A stretch of DNA of 64,000 nucleotides from Candidatus Micrarchaeia archaeon (GTDB taxonomy: Archaea; Micrarchaeota; Micrarchaeia; Anstonellales; Bilamarchaeaceae), in contig JBNLBN010000001.1 of assembly GCA_050303335.1 (NCBI GenBank), positions 42,239 through 106,238 of the forward strand, given 5' to 3'. The notes beneath the pieces are model-generated. The model was not told where the DNA came from. It saw only the letters and a list, made by a program, of their open reading frames with translations, and searched no databases. Position numbers and translations under genes: made by a program. This document shows positions 7,100 through 16,419 of this stretch, in pieces. How positions within the stretch are numbered: position 1 is the stretch's first letter; every line of letters starts with the position of its first letter.

Positions 7100-10063
7100 A
7101 TGCTTTCATTTGATATTCTGACATTCCTATTTTGGGTACTTGTATCCACGTTCATCCCGGGGGCGATCCTCGGCTTCGCTCTTTTTAAGAGCTTCAACAA
7201 CATCGAGAAAAAGATCATGGGTTTTGCCGTGGCCTTCATAAGCCTGCCGCTTATCCCGTTCCTGCTTAATCTTTTATTGGGAATCAAGTATTCCTATGAA
7301 CTTGCACTTCTTTCAGTTGCAATAATTTACATAATATCAATTGCACTATTTGTATACAACAAGAGTTACAAGGAAATCCGGCTCCCGAAAATGGACCGGG
7401 AACTTGCAATCACAGTTGCCCTTATCCTCATATTGGTGCTCTCGTATCTTGTTAGGATCGGGTCATACAGTCCGATTTTCCAGGAACTCGACCCGTACTT
7501 TTATACATATTCTGCACAGCAGCTGATCACTCTCGGAGAAAACCCGCTTGATGACCAGACAGCCTGGTACCCTGAGATGAATGTGAACCACAGGGTAATT
7601 CCCGCCCTTTCGTATACAGAGGCGATATGGTATTCCCTATATACCGGGGGAGGGGAATATGACAACCTCCTTATGGCAGTGATAGCCGGAATGTATCCGC
7701 CTATTGCAGCTGTCCTTGCAGTGTTCTTCATCTATCTTCTGATCTCTGTCATCGGGACAAGAGAGCTGGGAGTGCTCACTGCAGGAATTGCATCATTCGT
7801 TCCGATATTCATCTACAAGCTCTCGGCCGGAGAGATGGAAGTCCAGCCATATGCATTTTTTGCCCTGATGTTCCTGTATGCGATGTATGCCATCATGATC
7901 ACAAGGAAGGACATGAAATTCGCAGTCCTTGCGGGGCTCGGATTTGCGGCAGTTTCCCTTGGAAGTTCCAGCCAGCTCCTTGCTCTTGCATCCCTGATGA
8001 TTTTCGTTGTCCTGCAGTCAGTTTTCTATTATCTAAAGAACAAGGACCTTGAATTTTTGATTAAATCGAATGCCGTGATTTTCATAATCGGCCCATTACT
8101 GGGATCATTCATCAAGAATTTCTTCATCGCCGGTTCGATTACATTATCTATTGCAGCACCGTTCCTGCTTGTTCTCATCTTAGCAGCCCTTCTCTACTAT
8201 CTCGGGAAGAACGTTCCCAGCAGGGATACGCAATACATGATCCTTGCAACTGTAGCAATTCTTGCACTCGTACTCTTTGTCTTCACCCCGCTTGGCGATG
8301 TCGTCAAAAAAATCGGATCGTCAGGATTCGGTTTCGCCTCGTTCAATGCGCCGCTTGACCGGACCATTGCAGAACAGGGCCTTGCATCAGGCGGGCTTGA
8401 GCCGCAGCTGGGATTCATCTCCTTTACTCCAGATCCGAACAATGTCATAGAGCTTGTGTCCTATGCCGCATTCCTGCCATTTACAATTATTGCGAATATC
8501 GTCCTTACAATCACAGTTTCACTCCTGAATGCCTTCCTTGGAACATCAGTTGATTTCATTGACCGGGCAAACAGCTTTTCCATGCTTATAATAGTCCTCT
8601 TCTGGGCGGCCCTTTCATATTCCCTTTACAAGATGTACAGGAAGGACGAGGATGACCTTCCATTGTTGTTCCTGGCAATCATCATGCCGCCGTTCCTTGT
8701 GGGGATACTCAAGGCAAAATTCACGATCTATGCAGGAGTTATGCTGGCACTTGCTGTCGGATACCTTCTTTCGGTATTCTCTAAGATCGAGTTCAAGATT
8801 CCAGGTCTTAACATCAATTCGAATATGCTCATGCTCATACTGGGCGCGCTCCTGCTGGTCGGCCAGTTCACATACAACGGCCTTGCAATTAATCTGGCAT
8901 ACGGTTCATTCATCCCGCTATACCAGAACGATCCCATGGCACTCCAGGAGAAGTTCCAGGCAATCTGCGAGGACACCTTTGATCCAACCATTTGCGCTGC
9001 CGCAGATGATCCTGTCGGTTATGCGGGCAGGGGGATCAACTACCAGTACGACCAGAAGCTCTGCCTCCTTTCCGTATTCACTGATTACACTTACCTGTCA
9101 TCAGGAATGGCTCCTGCTGACCAGAGAACGATAGCATATTTCCGCTGCCAGAGGATATCAGACTACTGGATAGACTCGATGGAATGGATCAAAAAGAACA
9201 CAGAGCCTGATGCACGCATCATCTCTTGGTGGGACTACGGCCACTGGGAGAACTTCTTCGGCCAGAGGAACGCAGTAATCAGGAACGATCACAAGAACAA
9301 GGAGATGATCGGCGCTGTGGCCAACTATTACCTAGATGCAACGCCTCAGGAACTTATATCATACATGAAATCGCACGACAGCGAATACGCATTGTTCGAT
9401 GTTGAACTCGTTTCAAGCGGAAACATGCTCGGAGGCAAATACGGTGCGCTGAATTACCTTTCATGCGCGTGGAACAATGAGACCACGGTGGCAAATTCAC
9501 CAGGAACCTCGCTTTGCGAGGCCGAACATTTATGGGAAATCATTTATGTTTCGCAGTCTCCATGCACAGTTTCAGCACTTTCCGACAAGACCGGACTCAC
9601 AGCCTACAAAATATATGCAAACGGGGTCTACAGGCCTTATTATCCGAATGATTGTGTCTCTCCTTCCGACCAGGCAGTTGTATCAGGCTGCCAGAATGCG
9701 ATCCAGGCAGTCCCGACCTATTGTGTTGCAGAGGCGATGCTTGCAAACGGGCAACCGGCCACTGCGACTTACTATCTTGATGAAAAGTACCCGAACGGCG
9801 ACCTGAAGCTCAACAAGGCCATACTGCAGTTCCCGTTCTCGCTCCCCAACTCAGTCCATATGGGGCCTGCGACCGGCGTGACCCTTCTTTATACAGAAGA
9901 TCCGGTATGGCTCGAGAACGGGGAGATAAAATCAGGCTACGAGGACCGGAAAGGCAAGTTCTATGATTCCAATCTGTACAATGCCATATTCACAGAATCT
10001 CTTGAAGGATTCGACTTCGTATACGCGACGGACCAGATAAAAATATTCAAAATAGCTGAGTGA
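7100..10063 (+). CDS. aglB: Oligosaccharyltransferase STT3/AglB
   Basis: Multi-TM N-terminal part with ELDPYF and TIAEQ; WWDYG motif in the soluble C-terminal domain. Confidence 0.9.
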   Translation: MLSFDILTFLFWVLVSTFIPGAILGFALFKSFNNIEKKIMGFAVAFISLPLIPFLLNLLLGIKYSYELALLSVAIIYIISIALFVYNKSYKEIRLPKMDRELAITVALILILVLSYLVRIGSYSPIFQELDPYFYTYSAQQLITLGENPLDDQTAWYPEMNVNHRVIPALSYTEAIWYSLYTGGGEYDNLLMAVIAGMYPPIAAVLAVFFIYLLISVIGTRELGVLTAGIASFVPIFIYKLSAGEMEVQPYAFFALMFLYAMYAIMITRKDMKFAVLAGLGFAAVSLGSSSQLLALASLMIFVVLQSVFYYLKNKDLEFLIKSNAVIFIIGPLLGSFIKNFFIAGSITLSIAAPFLLVLILAALLYYLGKNVPSRDTQYMILATVAILALVLFVFTPLGDVVKKIGSSGFGFASFNAPLDRTIAEQGLASGGLEPQLGFISFTPDPNNVIELVSYAAFLPFTIIANIVLTITVSLLNAFLGTSVDFIDRANSFSMLIIVLFWAALSYSLYKMYRKDEDDLPLLFLAIIMPPFLVGILKAKFTIYAGVMLALAVGYLLSVFSKIEFKIPGLNINSNMLMLILGALLLVGQFTYNGLAINLAYGSFIPLYQNDPMALQEKFQAICEDTFDPTICAAADDPVGYAGRGINYQYDQKLCLLSVFTDYTYLSSGMAPADQRTIAYFRCQRISDYWIDSMEWIKKNTEPDARIISWWDYGHWENFFGQRNAVIRNDHKNKEMIGAVANYYLDATPQELISYMKSHDSEYALFDVELVSSGNMLGGKYGALNYLSCAWNNETTVANSPGTSLCEAEHLWEIIYVSQSPCTVSALSDKTGLTAYKIYANGVYRPYYPNDCVSPSDQAVVSGCQNAIQAVPTYCVAEAMLANGQPATATYYLDEKYPNGDLKLNKAILQFPFSLPNSVHMGPATGVTLLYTEDPVWLENGEIKSGYEDRKGKFYDSNLYNAIFTESLEGFDFVYATDQIKIFKIAE

Positions 10064-10064
10064 A

Positions 10065-11378
10065 ATGTATTCAAAAAAAATCACAGAGGAACTCAAGAAG
10101 AAAAAGATCGACATCGGCGACACGGTCAGCGTAACTTCAAAAGGAAAGCTTTTCGAGGGGCTCCTGATGCCGAAACCGGACCTCGGCGATCCTGAGGTCC
10201 TTGTCCTGAAATTGTCAAGCGGATACAATATCGGCATAACCCCAGAATCAATAGATCTTGTCGCAACTACCGGCTCAAGGTATTCCGAAGAGGATCCTCC
10301 TGAAGCGGCAAAAGACGGAGACATCGCGATTCTCGGATGCGGAGGGACCATTGCATCCAAAATAGAATACACGACCGGTGCAGTGTACCCGTCCATCCGC
10401 CCGAAGGAACTTCGTGCTGCTTTCCCTGAACTTTCAAAATGGCCCATCCACTCAAGGCAGATCTTTTCCCTTTTTTCGGACGACATGAATTCCTACCACT
10501 GGAAGATCATAGCAGATCATGTGGAAGAGGAAATTAAGTCCGGATCATCAGGCGTTGTCCTGATGCATGGAACTGACACAATGTCATACACATCATCGAT
10601 GCTCAGTTTCATGCTTAAAAATCTCCCTATTCCTGTCATTGTCGTGGGTTCCCAGAGGAGCAGCGACAGGCCTTCAAGCGAGAACAAGATGAATCTGCTC
10701 AATTCCGTGTATGCTTCGACAAAGGACCTTGGAGAGGTCGCTGTGTGCATGCATGCTGATACCAACGACCATTTTTGCTACATCCACAGGGGAACAAGGG
10801 TTAGGAAGATGCACACTTCAAGAAGGGATGCATTCCAATCAATAAATTCCAGGCCGCTTTTCAGGGTTGACTACAAGAATGATATTTTTGAAAAAATCGG
10901 CGAACCAATGCACAGGTCCCACAAGGGTTTTGAAGCAAAGAAGAAAATCAACGACAATGTCGCAATGGTATTTGTCCATCCTAACATGAAGCCGGAAATG
11001 ATCTCTGGGCTTTCGGATTATGACGGCGTTGTGCTGATTGGAACAGGCCTCGGCCACACGCCTGTTGGAGCCTTCGGGGTCAAGCACGTCAAGGGCATAC
11101 TGGGTCCTGTAAAGGAACTTATTGATTCTGACATTCCTGTCGTGATGTCCTCCCAGTGCATCACCGGAAGGATATGCATGAGGGTGTATACGAACGGAAG
11201 ACTGCTCAAGGAAGCCGGGGTAATAGGAGATGACTGCGACTGGACCCCCGAAGTCGCATTCACCAAGCTTTCCTGGGTCCTCGGCCAGACAAGGAAGATG
11301 GACGAAGTCCGGAGACTGATGGAAACGAATATCGCCGGTGAAATATCAGATCATTCAATTCTTGGTGATTACAAATGA
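10065..11378 (+). CDS. gatD: Glutamyl-tRNA(Gln) amidotransferase subunit D
   Basis: KLSSGYNIG N-terminal domain; asparaginase motifs GGTIAS, HGTDT, SQRSSDRPSS, KMHTSRRDAF. Confidence 0.97.
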   Translation: MYSKKITEELKKKKIDIGDTVSVTSKGKLFEGLLMPKPDLGDPEVLVLKLSSGYNIGITPESIDLVATTGSRYSEEDPPEAAKDGDIAILGCGGTIASKIEYTTGAVYPSIRPKELRAAFPELSKWPIHSRQIFSLFSDDMNSYHWKIIADHVEEEIKSGSSGVVLMHGTDTMSYTSSMLSFMLKNLPIPVIVVGSQRSSDRPSSENKMNLLNSVYASTKDLGEVAVCMHADTNDHFCYIHRGTRVRKMHTSRRDAFQSINSRPLFRVDYKNDIFEKIGEPMHRSHKGFEAKKKINDNVAMVFVHPNMKPEMISGLSDYDGVVLIGTGLGHTPVGAFGVKHVKGILGPVKELIDSDIPVVMSSQCITGRICMRVYTNGRLLKEAGVIGDDCDWTPEVAFTKLSWVLGQTRKMDEVRRLMETNIAGEISDHSILGDYK

Positions 11379-13141
11379 AGATGGGCCTTGAGATACACCA
11401 GAGACTGGATTCGAACAAGCTCTTCTGCCAGAACAAGTCCGAACTTACTGAAAAGGAACCAACAGTCATAATCCAGCGAAGGCTTCACCCTGTCCTATCC
11501 GAACTCGGTGAAGTGGATCTTGCATCCAAAGCCGAATTCTCCAAGGACAGGATATACGAATACCAGGCGTTCGAGGACTACAACTGCCTTGTCGAAACTG
11601 ATGAGGAGCCTCCCAGGTCGATGAACCTGGATGCGCTTAAGATCGCTCTTGAAATATCGCTCCAGCTCAATGCAACTCCAGTGGATGAAGTCCAGGTAAT
11701 GAGGAAAATCGTTATTGACGGAAGCAACACATCCGGTTTCCAGAGGACTTCCATAATAGCGCTGAACGGACACGTGGACACATCAAAGGGACCGGTAAAA
11801 ATCCCGACAATAGCTATAGAGGAGGAGAGTGCAGGGATCGTATCCAACACTGATACCAAAGTCGTATACCGCCTCGATCGGCTCGGTATCCCGCTGATAG
11901 AGATTACTACGGATCCAGACATTAAGGACCCTGAACATCTTAAGGAAACCGCTGAAAAGATCGGTATGATACTGCGTGCAACCGGAAAGGTCGCCCGGGG
12001 GCTCGGAACGATCAGGCAGGATGTCAACATTTCAACAGAAGGAGGCGCCAGGGTGGAAATCAAGGGCGCACAGGACCTGAAATCCCTTCCAGAACTTGCA
12101 AACAATGAAGTAAAAAGGCAGACGGAAGTTCTGAAGATCATCCATGAATTGAGGGTGAAAAAAGCCATCCCTTTCAAAAGCGATCCGGTGGATGCAACGT
12201 CCATATTCAAAGATACGAAATCAAAGATGATCTCAAAGGGCATAAGTTCAGGCTCATCTGTCCTTGCATGCAAGCTCCCACATTTCAAAGGATTCCTTGG
12301 AATTGAGATCCTACCGGGAAAACGCTTCGGGACAGAGCTTTCGAACTATGCAAAGATGGCAGGGGTAAAAGGATTGATACACGGTGATGAGGACCTCTCA
12401 AAATATCCTCTGGAAAAAGAGGAGGTCACGAGACTTGAGAAGGCCCTTGGAATTACGAAATCAGACGTATTCATCATGGTGGTTGCCCCGGAAGCCCAGG
12501 CCCGGCGGGCACTGGAATTCTCACTCAGGAGGGCCAACATGGATTTTGTCCCGAAGGAAACGAGGAAGGCGAATCCAGACAGCACCTCAAGCTACATGAG
12601 GCCCCTTCCCGGAAAGGCGAGACTGTATCCTGAAACGGACGTCCCGCCGATCAGGATAACAAAAGAGATCCTCGCATCCATTGCGAGTTCAGAATCCCTT
12701 GAGGAAAAACAGGCCCGTCTCGAAAATCTCCTCAACAAGGAAATGGCCAAGAAGATGCTGAAATCAAGAAGCCTCCACATTTTCGAAAAACTTGTCGAAT
12801 CCGGAGCAGATCCCATGCTTGCAGCAACAACGATCGAAAACACGCTCGTATCCCTAAGAAGGGAAGGAGTCGAGATAGAGAATGTTGAAATGGCCCTGGA
12901 AAAACTCTTCGAGGAATTCAGCAAGGGAACGTTCGTGAAGGCAGCGATACCTGATGTTCTCAAGGGAATGGCAAAAGGCGCAAGCGCTGAATCGGTGATA
13001 AAGGTCTACCGCCTGCAGAAAATATCCGGAAAGGAACTCGAAAAGCTTGTGGAGAATGAAGGCCGTGACCTGAAGAAGATAATGGCAAAGTACAGGCTGC
13101 AGGTCGATCCGAAGGAAGTAGCTGCACTGATAAAGAAGTGA
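11375..13141 (+). CDS. gatE: Glutamyl-tRNA(Gln) amidotransferase subunit E
   Basis: GLEIHQ, DGSNTSGFQRT, RGLGTIRQDVNIS, RPLPGKARLYPETD. Confidence 0.97.
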   Translation: MKMGLEIHQRLDSNKLFCQNKSELTEKEPTVIIQRRLHPVLSELGEVDLASKAEFSKDRIYEYQAFEDYNCLVETDEEPPRSMNLDALKIALEISLQLNATPVDEVQVMRKIVIDGSNTSGFQRTSIIALNGHVDTSKGPVKIPTIAIEEESAGIVSNTDTKVVYRLDRLGIPLIEITTDPDIKDPEHLKETAEKIGMILRATGKVARGLGTIRQDVNISTEGGARVEIKGAQDLKSLPELANNEVKRQTEVLKIIHELRVKKAIPFKSDPVDATSIFKDTKSKMISKGISSGSSVLACKLPHFKGFLGIEILPGKRFGTELSNYAKMAGVKGLIHGDEDLSKYPLEKEEVTRLEKALGITKSDVFIMVVAPEAQARRALEFSLRRANMDFVPKETRKANPDSTSSYMRPLPGKARLYPETDVPPIRITKEILASIASSESLEEKQARLENLLNKEMAKKMLKSRSLHIFEKLVESGADPMLAATTIENTLVSLRREGVEIENVEMALEKLFEEFSKGTFVKAAIPDVLKGMAKGASAESVIKVYRLQKISGKELEKLVENEGRDLKKIMAKYRLQVDPKEVAALIKK

Positions 13142-13145
13142 ATCG

Positions 13146-13640
13146 ATGGTCAACCCGTGCGCACTCTGCAAAGCAAACTGCTGCAAGACCTATATCATTA
13201 CCGTTACATCGTTCGATGTAAAAAGGATAATTGAGAAGGGACACAAACCGGATTTCGTCAAGTTCCACCCACCAAATCTCCTTGCTTATGATCCTGATTC
13301 TGTTCTTGATTTTACCGATGATTATCGAGGGGGATTGCTCGGATTCAAGTCACACCCATGCAATTTTATCAAGAACAACAGGTGCACGATATATGAATAT
13401 TCTCCCCTTTCCTGCAAGAGGTATCCATTCGATCTTTCGGGTAAAATCAACACCCGCCTCTGCCCGGTCGTCCCGTCGCTGGCATTCCGCCTGACCGGAG
13501 TCAGCATTACCCACGAAGAAGTGCTCTCAGAATATAATGAATATCGGAGGATAGTCCAGGAATGGAACAAGTCTCCTGGCAAAAAGAGTGAGTGCCTGGA
13601 ATTCCTTCTTGAGTCTACTTCTTTAGCAGAAAAGAAATAA
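13146..13640 (+). CDS. YkgJ-family cysteine cluster (CxxCxxCC) protein
   Basis: CALCKANCC...PCNF....RCTIYEYSPLSCKRYPF. Confidence 0.85.
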   Translation: MVNPCALCKANCCKTYIITVTSFDVKRIIEKGHKPDFVKFHPPNLLAYDPDSVLDFTDDYRGGLLGFKSHPCNFIKNNRCTIYEYSPLSCKRYPFDLSGKINTRLCPVVPSLAFRLTGVSITHEEVLSEYNEYRRIVQEWNKSPGKKSECLEFLLESTSLAEKK

Positions 13641-14412
13641 CAAACAGGATTATAGACACCATAACAATGGCGCCTCCTGATGCCAGGTCAAACCAGAATG
13701 AAAGGAACAATCCGAGGACAACAGATGTCAGGCCGAATATGGCAGAAAGTACGAGCGTTCCGCCAAAAGACCGTGAAACCTGAAGAGCAGCTGCAGGAGG
13801 TATGATCAGAAAAGATGAGATAAGTATTATCCCTACTATCCTTATTGATATGACTACGACGACAGCGGTTAGCACTATCAGTAATGTGTTCAGCCTTTTT
13901 ACAGGAACCCCAGATACCCTTGCACTCGTCTCGTCAAAGCACATGTACATGAGGTCCTTGCTGTAAACCAGGAGCAGGATTGCTACAATCGATCCGAGTC
14001 CGAGTGCCATTATCACGTCCTCTTCACTTATGGAAATGATGTTTCCGAAAAGGAAATAGTGCAGGTCCACGGAAAACCCGTGCGCAAGACTTATCAGTAT
14101 CACACCAAGTGCCAGGGCGAATGAAAACACGATTCCTATCGAAACATCCCCGTAAATCTTTGCATAGTCCCTTAGCTTTTCAATAGCAAGAGCAGAAAGG
14201 ACAGAAAAGACAAGTGCCACTCCGAAGGGAAGATAATTAAGGAACAATCCGAGTGCCACACCGCCGAATGCTATATGGCTGAGACCGTCTCCTATCAGGG
14301 CCATCCTTCGCAGTATCAGGAATACTCCTACGAGTGCTGTTGTGATTGCAATGACCGACCCTGCAATCAGGGCCTTTTGCATGAATCCATATCCAAGTAT
14401 TTCAAACATCAT
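13615..14412 (-). CDS. znuB: Zn/Mn ABC transporter permease
   Basis: GDGLSHIAFGG, LFGNI, multiple TM helices. Confidence 0.9.
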   Translation of the reverse strand: MMFEILGYGFMQKALIAGSVIAITTALVGVFLILRRMALIGDGLSHIAFGGVALGLFLNYLPFGVALVFSVLSALAIEKLRDYAKIYGDVSIGIVFSFALALGVILISLAHGFSVDLHYFLFGNIISISEEDVIMALGLGSIVAILLLVYSKDLMYMCFDETSARVSGVPVKRLNTLLIVLTAVVVVISIRIVGIILISSFLIIPPAAALQVSRSFGGTLVLSAIFGLTSVVLGLFLSFWFDLASGGAIVMVSIILFVISFLLKK

Positions 14413-15131
14413 ATCCTCTCTGTAAGTTCCCAGATCTTCTCCTTGTTGAACTTTTGCGGATCTCCGTCAAAGACCACTTTCCTGTTAAGTACTATGACCC
14501 TGTTCACATGCTGGAGCACCTGCCCGATGTCATGCGTTATCAGGATTATTGTTATCTCCATTTCCTTGTTCAGCTTCTGCAGGAGGTCATAGAAGCTGTG
14601 CTGGCTGTTGTAATCCATAGCAGCAGTAGGTTCATCGAGGAACAGTATCTCCGCGTTTCCTGCAAGAGTTTTTGCAATGAACACCCTTTGTCTCTGTCCT
14701 CCTGAAAGAGATCCGATCCTCCTGTCTTTCAGGTCGTAGATTCCTACGATTTTCATGGCCTCAATTGCCGCCTTCCTGTCCTCATTATCGAAGCTGCGAA
14801 GTATCCCCTTCTTTCTGGACAGCCTGCCCATCAGGACCACTTCCATTACAGTTGCAGGAAATTTGAAATCAAAGTCCTCGACCGTCTGCTGGACATACCC
14901 AATCTTCTGCCAGTCATTGAAAGTTCCAATGTCATTTCCGAGGATACGTATTGATCCTGTATTTGGTTCCAGCAGGCCGAGCGAAAGTTTCATGAGGGTG
15001 GATTTTCCAGTACCGTTGTGCCCAAGAAGGGCGACGAATGCACCTTTCTTGATTTTCAGTTCAATCTTGTCAAGCACCTTGTGCTCGCCATATGAAAAAT
15101 CAACATCAGAAAATACCAGGGAATCACTCAC
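14409..15131 (-). CDS. znuC: Zn/Mn ABC transporter ATP-binding protein
   Basis: GHNGTGKS, LSGGQRQR, LDEP, THD. Confidence 0.92.
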   Translation of the reverse strand: MSDSLVFSDVDFSYGEHKVLDKIELKIKKGAFVALLGHNGTGKSTLMKLSLGLLEPNTGSIRILGNDIGTFNDWQKIGYVQQTVEDFDFKFPATVMEVVLMGRLSRKKGILRSFDNEDRKAAIEAMKIVGIYDLKDRRIGSLSGGQRQRVFIAKTLAGNAEILFLDEPTAAMDYNSQHSFYDLLQKLNKEMEITIILITHDIGQVLQHVNRVIVLNRKVVFDGDPQKFNKEKIWELTERI

Positions 15132-15975
15132 AGTCCAGCGCCTCCTTCATTGTGACAAGATTCTGATCCATTACTTCTATATAACTCTTCTGATCTTGTG
15201 GCGAATATGCCTCAATGGGGCTGAAAACCGCAGTTTTTCCGTCTATCTCGTTTGCAATCGCCTCGGACAGCTTCGGTGATATGTATTCCTCGAAAAATAT
15301 GTGAGTTGCCCCCTTCTCCTTTGCTTCCTTTATAAGTTCGTCCAGGTCAGCAAGAGACACTTCTCCCTCGGGCTCGAAGTTGTCAATAATTGCAACCTGT
15401 TCAAGCCCGTAGTCTGCTGCAAGGTATCCGAATGCAGCATGCGATACAAACATTTCCCTGTGCCTGCAGTTTTTTGTCCCTTCCGTATAACGGGAATCAA
15501 GTTCTTCCAGTTTAGCAAGGTACTCTTCCTTGTTCCTTTTGAACACTTCCCTCTTTTCCGGATATTTCCTGATCAGTTCATCTGCAATATGTTCGGCCAT
15601 TACCCTTGCCTTCCTCGGGCTCAGCCAGGTATGCGGGTCCTTTACGCCTTTGGTATCAATCAGCGGAATCTTTTCGCTTGCAGATATCACGTAAATATCA
15701 TTGCTCACAACGCCTACTGTTTTATGGATCCACAGTTCAAAATAGTCATTCGTGTATATTATTGCATCGGCATTCTCCAGCTTTACGATATCCTGCGGGG
15801 TGGGTTCGTATGAATGTGCATTGAGTCCCGGAGGAAGCATCAGCCACACTTCGATCTCCTCACCTACAATGCTCCTTGTCATATCGTAGACTGGATAGCT
15901 TGTCGTTGCAATGAACCCCGAACCTATCTCGCTTGTACAGCCGAAAACCAGGAATAAAAGAATGAGCCATCTCAT
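15124..15975 (-). CDS. znuA: Zn/Mn ABC transporter substrate-binding lipoprotein
   Basis: LVFGC lipobox, AHSYEPTP, DPHTWLSP, HAAFGYLA. Confidence 0.92.
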   Translation of the reverse strand: MRWLILLFLVFGCTSEIGSGFIATTSYPVYDMTRSIVGEEIEVWLMLPPGLNAHSYEPTPQDIVKLENADAIIYTNDYFELWIHKTVGVVSNDIYVISASEKIPLIDTKGVKDPHTWLSPRKARVMAEHIADELIRKYPEKREVFKRNKEEYLAKLEELDSRYTEGTKNCRHREMFVSHAAFGYLAADYGLEQVAIIDNFEPEGEVSLADLDELIKEAKEKGATHIFFEEYISPKLSEAIANEIDGKTAVFSPIEAYSPQDQKSYIEVMDQNLVTMKEALDCE

Positions 15976-16361
15976 CAGATCTTCCTCCCATGGGGGTCAA
16001 GCTTCGGCTCACCAAGGAATCTATAGAGCTTCCTTACCATCTCATCGCTTACTGCATGTTCCATTCTGCAAGCTTCTTCATGTATCTTTCCTTTTTTCAT
16101 CCCGAGTTTTTCAAATAGGAATGTTTCAAGCACCCTGTGCCTGAAGTTCATCTTCTTTGCGACCATTTTCCCTTTTGGGGTAAGATATATCCTGCCGTAC
16201 CTTTCCTTTTCAACATATCCTTTATCAGACAATTTGGAAAGCGTTATTGCTACGGTGTTTTTGGAAAGCCCAAGCTCCTTTGCGATGTCGATGGACCTGG
16301 CACCGTTATCGCTTATCTTGTCAATAAGACGGCAGTACTCCTCGATGGTTTGTTTCTCCAT
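15975..16361 (-). CDS. DtxR/MntR/TroR-family metal-dependent transcriptional regulator
   Basis: EEY, HTH, LTPKG, RHRVLETFL, EACRMEH, DPHG. Confidence 0.92.
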   Translation of the reverse strand: MEKQTIEEYCRLIDKISDNGARSIDIAKELGLSKNTVAITLSKLSDKGYVEKERYGRIYLTPKGKMVAKKMNFRHRVLETFLFEKLGMKKGKIHEEACRMEHAVSDEMVRKLYRFLGEPKLDPHGRKI

Positions 16362-16362
16362 G

Positions 16363-16387
16363 AAAAGTTCTACCTATAGAACATTTT
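16363..16387. promoter_or_regulatory. Palindromic operator, probably bound by the DtxR-family regulator
   Basis: AAAA-GTTCTA-ccta-TAGAAC-aTTTT directly upstream of the regulator start codon. Confidence 0.6.
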
Positions 16388-16419
16388 AATAGCTTTTGCC
16401 TGTCCATGTTCGCTGCCGG

